Below are positions 7,088 to 14,163 of a stretch of DNA of 15,589 nt, one piece after another; position 1 is the first letter of the stretch; every line of letters begins with the position of its first letter. The stretch lies in the UHGV virus genome UHGV-0166683; one strand, written 5' to 3'. A program made the translations under genes and the position numbers. The DNA is from a virus. The notes under the pieces were generated by a model. That model was not told where the DNA came from and made no database searches. It was given only the letters and a program-made list of their open reading frames with translations.

Positions 7088-7762
7088 ATGAAAACAATCC
7101 ATGACATCCGGCGGTCTAACGCCAGAAAACTGAGAGATGGTGTTGGCGGGAATTCTTCCTTTGCCACTATGATTGATCGCGAGCCAACCCAGACCAGCAG
7201 GTTTATGGGAGATGGTGCTACTAAAAATATCGGTGACAGCATGGCACGACACATCGAAAAATGTTTCGACCTGCCTGTAGGATGGCTCGATCAAGAACAC
7301 CAGACAACGAACATCACAAAAAAACCTGATGTTTCAATCACTAATAAACAAATCACATTAGTCCCTGTCATATCATGGGTACAGGCCGGAGCATGGAAAG
7401 AAGTTGGATATTCTGAGGTTGATTTGAGCACAGCAGAAACGTATCCCTGCCCTGTACCCTGTGGGGAAATGACTTATATCTTGCGGGTGATAGGTGATTC
7501 AATGATTGATGAGTACCGCCCGGGAGACATGATTTTTGTCGATCCTGAAGTACCTGCCTGCCACGGTGACGACGTTATTGCATTGATGCACGATACAGGT
7601 GAAACCACCTTCAAAAGGTTGATAGAAGATGGGACACAGCGTTATCTCAAAGCGTTAAACCCAAACTGGCCTGAGCCTTACATTAAGATCAACGGTAATT
7701 GCTCTATAATTGGTACTGTGATTTTCTCAGGAAAACCAAGAAGATACAAAATCAAAGCCTAA
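7088..7762 (+). CDS. cI: CI-type prophage repressor (HTH plus S24 LexA-like autopeptidase domain)
   Basis: The C-terminal S24 motifs are RVIGDSM (Ser) and TFKRL (Lys). A candidate cleavage site lies at VQAGAW. The gene diverges from the cro-like gene. Confidence 0.9.
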   Translation: MKTIHDIRRSNARKLRDGVGGNSSFATMIDREPTQTSRFMGDGATKNIGDSMARHIEKCFDLPVGWLDQEHQTTNITKKPDVSITNKQITLVPVISWVQAGAWKEVGYSEVDLSTAETYPCPVPCGEMTYILRVIGDSMIDEYRPGDMIFVDPEVPACHGDDVIALMHDTGETTFKRLIEDGTQRYLKALNPNWPEPYIKINGNCSIIGTVIFSGKPRRYKIKA

Positions 7763-7774
7763 TCAATGTTTATG

Positions 7775-7798
7775 AACCTGCTTCGGCAGGTTTTTTTA
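7775..7798 (+). terminator. Rho-independent terminator after cI
   Basis: The stem is AACCTGC/GCAGGTT with a TTCG loop, followed by a run of T's. Confidence 0.75.
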
Positions 7799-7801
7799 TA
7801 C

Positions 7802-7829
7802 TTGACAATGTGCCTTTGAGATACATAAT
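7802..7829 (+). promoter_or_regulatory. pL-like early-left promoter
   Basis: -35 TTGACA (7802-7807), a 16-nt spacer, then -10 CATAAT (7824-7829), immediately after the cI terminator. Confidence 0.55.
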
Positions 7830-7845
7830 GTACCCAAGAGAAACA
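7809..7845. promoter_or_regulatory. Candidate OL operators (two 17-mers)
   Basis: TGTGCCTTTGAGATACA (7809-7825) and TGTACCCAAGAGAAACA (7829-7845) each have two mismatches to TGTACC-N5-GGTACA. They bracket the -10 of the pL-like promoter. Confidence 0.4.
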
Positions 7846-7935
7846 ACAAACAGGCAGGACGCCCACGAAGTAGCCGCCTGGGGCATATGAAGTCCAGGAT
7901 GATTCGTTAGCGGATGATTTCAGTGGAGAGAATAG

Positions 7936-8244
7936 ATGAATGAGCAGGATTTGAAGCATGTGATCGCATTGTTGCTGGAAGACGCTAAACGTTTGCAGCA
8001 GATAGAGCCAAATGCAGGCACTGAGGCCCGTATTTTGTTAGCAAAACAGGCATTAAAGACTTGCGAGGCGCAAGACCCTGATCGAACCAAGTTCATGAAT
8101 TTCATGGCTAACACGATCACCCCACTGCCATGCAATGGAGAGAGGGTGAGCCGTGTTTATCACGACACAATGGTTAAGGCATTAAGAATCGAGCTTGATG
8201 GGCTTAGGCGTAAGATCGTGATGAACAAAATCGTTGCCAACTAA
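7936..8244 (+). CDS. Hypothetical 102-aa protein, first gene of the early-left transcript
   Basis: A GGAGAG SD lies 5-6 nt before the ATG. The sequence looks helical. There is no arginine-rich N-terminal motif, so it is not an N-type antiterminator. Confidence 0.6.
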   Translation: MNEQDLKHVIALLLEDAKRLQQIEPNAGTEARILLAKQALKTCEAQDPDRTKFMNFMANTITPLPCNGERVSRVYHDTMVKALRIELDGLRRKIVMNKIVAN

Positions 8245-8523
8245 GGAAGCAGACGGAAGTAAGCATGCGCTTTGTTCAAATTTGCAGACAAATATATTTG
8301 CGTCAACACCAGCACTGTTAGCAATGGAAAAAGTTTGATCAAGGATTTGTTGGCAGTTCATTGTGCTTTTGAGGATATATCCCTCTGGAATCAGTCTGCA
8401 GCAGCTATCGTCAGACTCTTTGATTGTTTTCTGGTACAGAAAGTTAAGCATTAATTCTTCAAATTTTTTGGTCTGTTCGGCTGTTGCTTCAAACAGACGA
8501 ACGTGAACATAAAACTGGTTCAT
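8182..8523 (-). CDS. Hypothetical 113-aa protein, opposite in orientation to the surrounding operon
   Basis: The ATG at 8523 is preceded by AAGGAAA. The N-terminus is MNQFYVHVRLFEATAEQTKKFEELM. The gene is lower in GC than its neighbours, and its 3' end overlaps the 7936..8244 gene by 63 nt. Confidence 0.5.
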   Translation of the reverse strand: MNQFYVHVRLFEATAEQTKKFEELMLNFLYQKTIKESDDSCCRLIPEGYILKSTMNCQQILDQTFSIANSAGVDANIFVCKFEQSACLLPSASLVGNDFVHHDLTPKPIKLDS

Positions 8524-8666
8524 TAGGTTTCCTTGCTGGCTGTGTGAGAACTCCAGCATACCACCGAGCCTGAAGTGGTGAAAAGACAGGCAATAGTTTC
8601 ATTGCTGTGTGTAGTCCTGGCGGTACCAGTTTGTACCCTTGCTTCCGGCTGGTACCGCTCTTTTTA

Positions 8667-8753
8667 CAAAACAGAGAAGAGCATCACCGGACGACGGGCT
8701 CATAACCCAATCCATCCGGGCGGCTGCCACCGCAGGTGTTCTTCTCTGTTTTG
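8667..8753 (+). repeat. Long inverted repeat (17-bp arms, 16/17 complementary, 53-nt spacer) in the leader of the yfdP-like gene
   Basis: CAAAACAGAGAAGAGCA (8667-8683) pairs with TGTTCTTCTCTGTTTTG (8737-8753). The single mismatch would be a G-U pair in RNA. Confidence 0.6.
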
Positions 8754-8802
8754 TGGAGAAACCAACCGACCTTGCAGGGTCGATATGATGAGGAGCAGCA
8801 AA

Positions 8803-9165
8803 ATGGCTAGCGAACGCGGTACTGATGTGCAGGCATTTATCGGGGAGCTGGACGGCGGCGTATTTGAAACCAAAATCGGCGCAGTTCTCAGTGAAGTCGC
8901 TTCCGGTGTGATGAACACGAAAACCAAAGGTAAGGTCTCACTCAACCTGGAAATCGAACCATTTGATGAGAACCGTGTGAAAATCAAACACAAACTCTCA
9001 TATGTTCGCCCGACTAACCGCGGGAAAATTTCCGAAGAAGACACCACCGAAACGCCGATGTATGTCAATCGCGGTGGGCGCCTGACTATTCTGCAGGAAG
9101 ACCAGGGACAATTACTGACTCTTGCCGGTGAGCCTGACGGAAAACTCCGCGCAGCAGGTCATTAA
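8803..9165 (+). CDS. yfdP: YfdP-like prophage protein (120 aa)
   Basis: The ATG at 8803 follows a GAGGAG SD. The size, and the position directly upstream of yfdQ/yfdR homologues, match K-12 CPS-53 gene order as I recall it. The GTG-initiated 76-codon extension in the track is rejected. Confidence 0.65.
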   Translation: MASERGTDVQAFIGELDGGVFETKIGAVLSEVASGVMNTKTKGKVSLNLEIEPFDENRVKIKHKLSYVRPTNRGKISEEDTTETPMYVNRGGRLTILQEDQGQLLTLAGEPDGKLRAAGH

Positions 9166-9230
9166 TATCGTTCTTAATTAACTGATTATTTACCTCATCA
9201 CTGAATATCTTTATATAGTGAGGACTTATT

Positions 9231-10055
9231 ATGTCTCAGAACTTAGACGCAACCGCAATTAATCAAATCCATGCCCTTATTTCTGCTCAGGGTGTTAATG
9301 AAATTATCAGTAAGATTGGTGCCGACGCAGTGGCATTACCTGAAAATTTCCGCATTCATGATCTGGAAAAATTTAATTTAAATCGCTTCCGTTTCCGTGG
9401 CGCGCTTTCCACTGCCTGCATCGATGACTTTACCCGTTATTCTAAAGATCTTGCAGATGAAGGCACCCGCTGCTTTATCGATGCCGATAATATGCGTGCC
9501 GTCAGTGTTCTTAACCTGGGTACTATTGATGAACCAGGTCACGCAGATAATACCGCCACTCTCAAACTGAAAAAGACAGCACCGTTCTCTGCACTGTTGT
9601 CTGTTAACGGCGAGCGTAACTCCCAGAAGTCACTGGCAGAATGGATTGAAGACTGGGCCGACTACCTTGTGGGCTTTGATGCTAATGGTGACGCCATTCA
9701 GGCAACCAAAGCGGCTGCGGCGATCCGTAAAATCACAATTGAAGCGAACCTGACTGCTGATTTTGAAGACAATGACTTCAGCGGCAAACGCTCCCTGATG
9801 GAGTCTGTCGAAGCGAAGACCAAAGACATTATGCCAGTGGCATTTGAATTTAAATGCGTTCCGTTTGAAGGCCTGAAAGAACGTCCGTTTAAATTACGCC
9901 TCAGCATTATCACTGGCGATCGTCCTGTACTGGTACTACGCATTATTCAGCTGGAAGCAGTGCAGGAGGAAATGGCTAACGAATTTCGTGATCTGCTTGT
10001 TGATAAATTCAAAGACAGCAAAGTAGAAACCTTTATTGGTACTTTCACCGCCTGA
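9231..10055 (+). CDS. yfdQ: YfdQ-like DUF2303 family protein (274 aa)
   Basis: The length and the start [21 protein letters not shown] match my recollection of E. coli K-12 YfdQ. A GTGAGGA SD precedes it. Confidence 0.8.
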   Translation: MSQNLDATAINQIHALISAQGVNEIISKIGADAVALPENFRIHDLEKFNLNRFRFRGALSTACIDDFTRYSKDLADEGTRCFIDADNMRAVSVLNLGTIDEPGHADNTATLKLKKTAPFSALLSVNGERNSQKSLAEWIEDWADYLVGFDANGDAIQATKAAAAIRKITIEANLTADFEDNDFSGKRSLMESVEAKTKDIMPVAFEFKCVPFEGLKERPFKLRLSIITGDRPVLVLRIIQLEAVQEEMANEFRDLLVDKFKDSKVETFIGTFTA

Positions 10056-10067
10056 TTTCATTACTGC

Positions 10068-10089
10068 AAATGCCCCTGCGGGGGCATTT
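10068..10089 (+). terminator. Hairpin / possible weak terminator after yfdQ
   Basis: AAATGCCCC-TGCG-GGGGCATTT is a perfect 9-bp stem with only a short T tract, so it may be an attenuator or stabiliser. Confidence 0.5.
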
Positions 10090-10183
10090 ATGGAAACGTA
10101 ATTGACTCAATAATCGCCTGATGGCGAGGGTTTTCTTTAACCAAAATTCAGCGCGGTGCAGCGCATATAACGTGGAGAACAAA

Positions 10184-10720
10184 ATGTCATTTATTAAAAC
10201 TTTTTCCGGGAAGCATTTTTATTATGACAAGATAAATAAAGACGACATCGTTATTAACGATATCGCGGTTTCCCTTTCAAATATCTGCCGCTTTGCAGGA
10301 CACCTTTCACACTTCTATAGCGTCGCCCAACATGCGGTGCTTTGCAGCATGCTGGTACCGCAGGAATTTGCTTTTGAAGCATTAATGCATGATGCAACAG
10401 AAGCGTATTGCCAGGACATTCCCGCACCACTGAAACGCCTTCTTCCTGACTATAAACGGATGGAAGAAAAAATAGACGCCGTAATCCGTGAGAAATACGG
10501 GTTACCTCAGGCTATGAGCACGCCCGTGAAATATGCCGATCTCATCATGCTGGCAACCGAACGCCGCGATCTCGGGCTTGATGATGGCTCTTTCTGGCCA
10601 GTATTGGAAGGTATCCCGGCAACAGAGATGTTCGAAGTTGTTCCTCTGGCTCCTGGCCATGCCTACGAGATATTTATGGAACGTTTTAAAGAGCTGCATA
10701 AGATACATAAGCAATCCTGA
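10184..10720 (+). CDS. yfdR: YfdR-like HD-domain 5'-deoxynucleotidase (178 aa)
   Basis: The ATG at 10184 follows a GGAGAA SD. MSFIKTFSGKHFYYDKINKDDIVINDIAVSLSNICRFAGH and the HD motif ALMHDATEAY match K-12 YfdR. Confidence 0.85.
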   Translation: MSFIKTFSGKHFYYDKINKDDIVINDIAVSLSNICRFAGHLSHFYSVAQHAVLCSMLVPQEFAFEALMHDATEAYCQDIPAPLKRLLPDYKRMEEKIDAVIREKYGLPQAMSTPVKYADLIMLATERRDLGLDDGSFWPVLEGIPATEMFEVVPLAPGHAYEIFMERFKELHKIHKQS

Positions 10721-10775
10721 CAGCGAAATTAACTAGTGAAATAGTTTTGTAGCAAAAGAAATGAGGTTATCAAAA

Positions 10776-11021
10776 ATGCTTCAAATGCTGACACTTGAGG
10801 AATGGGCTGCGGAAAAATTTAGGAGTAATCCTCCAAGTGTGTCCACATTGCGTCGTTATGCTAAGCAGAATTTATTTTGTCCACCAGCAATGAAACAAGG
10901 TCGACTCTGGCGAGTACGTGAGGACGCAGAGTTAGTTGGGGAATTAGTTACTCCAGTAATCAAGAAAAGTGATTCTATTATTCTGCAAAGGATTTTAAGC
11001 AATGGCAGCCAGACCACGTAA
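10776..11021 (+). CDS. xis: Excisionase (lambda Xis family)
   Basis: MLTLEEWAAEKFRSNPPSVSTLRRYAKQNLFCPPAMKQGRLW parallels lambda Xis (YLTLQEWNARQRRPRSLETVRRWVRECRIFPPPVKDGREY). It overlaps the int start by 20 nt, as in lambda. The start could be 10761, 10776 or 10785; 10776 has the best spacing from GAGG. Confidence 0.8.
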   Translation: MLQMLTLEEWAAEKFRSNPPSVSTLRRYAKQNLFCPPAMKQGRLWRVREDAELVGELVTPVIKKSDSIILQRILSNGSQTT

Positions 11022-12129
11022 AAATAATGTTTCAGTACCTAACTTGTATCCGCTTTATAGTAGAAAAGTAAATAAAGTCTATTGGCGATATAAGCATCCA
11101 GTGACCGGGAAATTTCATTCGTTGGGCACAAATGAAGCTGAAGCTATTGCTATTGCCACTGAAGCTAACACTCGTCTGGCTGAGCAAAGAACCCGGCAGA
11201 TTCTAGCTATCAGTGATAGGATCGCAACCAGCAAAGGAAAAGCGATCACAACGTCAACCTGGTTAGATCGCTATCAAGCGATCCAGGATGACAGGCTCAA
11301 AAGTGGTGATATAAGACTCAACACCTATAAGCAAAAAGCTAAACCAGTATCCTTGCTCAGAGAACGAGCAGGAATGAAGTTGATCTCATCCGTTGATGTT
11401 AGAGATATAGCACAATTGCTTGATGAGTATATTGCAGCTGGACAGCCTAGAATGGCCCAAGTCGTTAGGTCTGTATTGATCGATGTGTTTAAGGAAGCAC
11501 AGCATTATGGCGAAGTTCCGCCAGGGTATAACCCTGCTCTTGCGACGAAGCAACCCAAAAGAAAAATTACCCGTCAACGCCTCAGCCTGGAAGAATGGCA
11601 AAAAATATTCGATATAGCAGACGCCAGTCATCGTTACATGGGAAATGCCATGCTCCTAGCTTTGGTCACTGGGCAGCGTTTGGGAGATATATCCAAAATG
11701 AAATTTAGTGATATTTGGGAAGATCATCTTCACGTCATTCAGGAAAAGACTGGAAGCAAAATCGCTATCCCTCTTTCTCTTCGCCTCAATGCGATTAACT
11801 GGAGTTTACGCGATGTAATAGCCCGCTGCCGTGACTATGCAGTCAGCCCATACCTAGTGCATTTTTTCCGTTCAACTTCACAAGCAGAACGTGGGGCACA
11901 GGTTAAATCCAATACATTGACGATGAACTTTAGTAAAGCGAGAGATTTAGCAGGAATTGACTGGGGTGATGGCTCACCCGCAACATTCCATGAACAAAGA
12001 TCGTTATCTGAACGCCTGTACAAGGAGCAAGGGATAGATACCAGAAAGCTACTTGGGCATAAAACACAACAACAAACCGATCGTTACCATGATGACCGAG
12101 GGAAAGGTTGGAGCAAAGTAGCTTTGTGA
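11002..12129 (+). CDS. int: Lambda-family tyrosine integrase
   Basis: Catalytic motifs are VTGQRLGD (Arg), FHEQRSLSERLY (His-x-x-Arg), LLGHK and DRYHDDRG (Tyr). These are collinear with lambda Int. Confidence 0.92.
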   Translation: MAARPRKNNVSVPNLYPLYSRKVNKVYWRYKHPVTGKFHSLGTNEAEAIAIATEANTRLAEQRTRQILAISDRIATSKGKAITTSTWLDRYQAIQDDRLKSGDIRLNTYKQKAKPVSLLRERAGMKLISSVDVRDIAQLLDEYIAAGQPRMAQVVRSVLIDVFKEAQHYGEVPPGYNPALATKQPKRKITRQRLSLEEWQKIFDIADASHRYMGNAMLLALVTGQRLGDISKMKFSDIWEDHLHVIQEKTGSKIAIPLSLRLNAINWSLRDVIARCRDYAVSPYLVHFFRSTSQAERGAQVKSNTLTMNFSKARDLAGIDWGDGSPATFHEQRSLSERLYKEQGIDTRKLLGHKTQQQTDRYHDDRGKGWSKVAL

Positions 12130-12340
12130 GCGTTTAAGTTTCTCAATCCCACATTAATTATCTCATCACACATGTAACAGGCCCAAACAGACTGCTCTGA
12201 GCGACGAACCGTTGTTGACCAGTAACGCCATAGAGTATATTCAGTAAGTGTTCCAATGTATATAAGAAATGCGCTGTGTATATTTTTAATTCAAAATAGT
12301 TTGAAGCACAATCATGAAACAGATTCTTATGAATACAAAA

Positions 12341-13456
12341 TTAAATTAAATCAAATAGCCCATGTTCATCTATAGCCTTTGAACTAATTAAGTTCGCGGC
12401 TTCTATGTCATTGTCACTTGCCTCAGAAATAAGGAAAAATGAATCAACATGATTTTGCAAAATAATTTCCTTATACTTCTTGAGCCATTGTAATTTACCT
12501 GTAGTGAACAATACTTTACGCGGTAGCAAAATACGGCTAAAAACTGATGGAAGATACTCACTTCTATTAAATGGAATAAAAGGGTCGCCTAAAGAAAGAA
12601 TAGTTAGACGATTAAATTCACCGTGCGAATTCAATTTTTCAGCTGATTTGGCTATACCACTTGGTAAAAAAACACCTGTCTTGATACCGTTGCGTAAAGC
12701 AACAACAGCCATCATTTTATCAAAGGCAGTACCTCCAAATAATAAGGAATATCCTTTTTTAACAGAAAGATCAATAGTATCAAGAACAACTTGTTTTTCT
12801 ATATCACTTGGTGACGTGCTCGAAATTATCGAAAGATCAAAATCAGTAAATAACTGCCCAGTATAATAAAGATTTTTGCCGGTGAAAGTTGACAACTTTA
12901 AAGGAAACATTTTATCATCATGCTTAATTTCAGATACATTAAGATCTGTTAAGGATGGATAGTTAAAGTTTGGTGAGGCTTTTCCGTGTTTATTATTTTT
13001 TGATGCCTGCGGACTAAAAACTAGAATTTCATTTTTATTATTACACAGGTAATCCTGTATCATTTTTTTTACAATATCCCAATCAAGACCACCGTGACCA
13101 CAACCTAAAGCTGGCAGGGTGATTGTTTTTCCATGTTTATTATCCAAATATTTCGAGAGCCAATGCAGTCCTTTTTCGATATATTCGTACTTAGACTTAT
13201 TTCTCCAATGATCCTTGGTGGGAAAGTTTATGATTTCTATTTCCTTACCATACGTATCATTACCTTTCCAAACAGCTGGTCTTCCTGGAGATATTTCTCC
13301 TTTTTTACACAGCAATACGTATTCATTATACATTTCAGGAAACTTATTCTTAAAAGCAAAAGCAACCCCTGCCCCCATTACACCAACACAATTAACTGTA
13401 TTAATTCTAATGTCAGCAGCATAATCGAAAAAATCACCATCAACATATCTAATCAT
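12341..13456 (-). CDS. darG: DarG-like macrodomain protein fused to a C-terminal DprA-like (DNA-processing A / SLOG-type Rossmann) domain, 371 aa
   Basis: Macro motifs are NTVNCVGVMGAGVAFAFK, INFPTKDHWRNKS and LPALGCGHGGLDW. The C-terminal half parallels the DprA core: GKNLYYTG..LSIISSTSPS, LLFGGTAFDKMMAVVALRNGIKTGVFLPSGI and ILSLGDPFIPFNRSEYLPSVFSRILL. The start is set at the ATG at 13456, preceded by a perfect AGGAGG; the 42-codon upstream extension has no SD. Confidence 0.8.
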   Translation of the reverse strand: MIRYVDGDFFDYAADIRINTVNCVGVMGAGVAFAFKNKFPEMYNEYVLLCKKGEISPGRPAVWKGNDTYGKEIEIINFPTKDHWRNKSKYEYIEKGLHWLSKYLDNKHGKTITLPALGCGHGGLDWDIVKKMIQDYLCNNKNEILVFSPQASKNNKHGKASPNFNYPSLTDLNVSEIKHDDKMFPLKLSTFTGKNLYYTGQLFTDFDLSIISSTSPSDIEKQVVLDTIDLSVKKGYSLLFGGTAFDKMMAVVALRNGIKTGVFLPSGIAKSAEKLNSHGEFNRLTILSLGDPFIPFNRSEYLPSVFSRILLPRKVLFTTGKLQWLKKYKEIILQNHVDSFFLISEASDNDIEAANLISSKAIDEHGLFDLI

Positions 13457-13926
13457 AAAACCTCCTTTGGTCAGAGTATACATCCTTATTTCTGGCTCTT
13501 CAATTCTATTGTCAAAAACTTTTACAAAGTCTGCATCAGTAAAACTGATGGCGCATTTTAAAATTAAAATCAATATGTCCATATCAAACGTTATATTTGT
13601 TATTTTTTGTATTTATTATTCATATCCATCATGTGCTATTAAATCGCCCAAAAGAACATAATAAATTATGTGCACCACTTTCTTCTTATTGAATTTTGGA
13701 TTACATTACGATCTAAATTAGATCTTTTGCCAATATCATAAACATATGCAGCAAACGTTGCAACAAGCTGTTCTCATTCTAACAGTTAGTAGAATATAAA
13801 CTCTGTAATTAGCACACTGAATTCCCTTCATCTATGAGTTACAACATCCTTTAAGTGAATAGTATTGTTAGTTTAAATCTATTAATATCATTCATAAAAC
13901 TATTTTATATAGTTAAAGTCATTATA

Positions 13927-13954
13927 AATCCATCTGAATATATACAGATGGATT
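13927..13954. repeat. Perfect 10-bp inverted repeat (AATCCATCTG / CAGATGGATT, 8-nt loop) in the AT-rich spacer
   Basis: Read directly from the sequence. On the minus strand it is followed immediately by TATAAT (13921-13926, complement). It could be a terminator for the DarT-HD gene or an operator. Confidence 0.5.
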
Positions 13955-14163
13955 CTGCCAATAGTCTTTGCAGGTGAAGTGCATGTTATATATTTTTTAG
14001 GGAATATATTTTCTAATTATTTCTCAGATAAAAATTTGCAGAACGAAATTACTTTACATAATACCGAATGTTACAGATTATTTTATTGCATATAAGCATT
14101 GAACTAACCACTATCACAGTGACTATGTTAATCATAAAATCTGCATCAAATTCAAAAAGCTCC

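Noticed and set aside
6998-7300. N-terminal 101 codons of ORF 6797..7300, plus ORF 7060..7254 (minus)
   Set aside because: They would run through the operator/promoter region and antisense to the 5' part of cI. The internal ATG at 6997 has a GGAGG SD and gives a typical 66-aa Cro/YdaS-like protein.
7920-8135. 71-aa minus-strand ORF overlapping the 102-aa gene
   Set aside because: It is a Cys/Ser-rich antisense shadow without an SD. The plus-strand gene has a good SD and sits at the expected position after the pL-like promoter.
7936-8244. N-type antiterminator at the first position after pL
   Set aside because: There is no arginine-rich N-terminal motif. I could find no convincing boxA or boxB (nut) hairpin in the 7830-7935 leader.
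8575-8802. GTG-initiated 76-codon extension of the yfdP-like ORF
   Set aside because: The extension is Cys/Arg-rich, lacks an SD and spans the long inverted repeat. The ATG at 8803 has a GAGGAG SD and gives the 120-aa size I recall for YfdP.
13457-13582. 42-codon N-terminal extension of the macrodomain ORF (MDILILILKC...)
   Set aside because: There is no SD at 13582, whereas a perfect AGGAGG precedes the ATG at 13456. Macrodomain proteins of this type begin right at the M-I-x-Y-V-x-G-D strand.
12480-13661. Plus-strand ORFs 12480-12866, 13133-13561, 13215-13424 and 13467-13661
   Set aside because: They are antisense to the macro-DprA-like gene or lie in the AT-rich spacer. Their Ile/Phe/Ser/Lys-rich translations are what AT-rich DNA produces by chance, and they have no SDs.
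14049-14135. 28-aa hydrophobic peptide ORF just downstream of the DarT-HD stop, possibly a type I toxin or small membrane peptide
   Set aside because: The nearest SD-like GAGGAG is 24 nt upstream, which is too far. Hydrophobic short ORFs arise readily in AT-rich DNA. It is kept only as a note inside the spacer finding.
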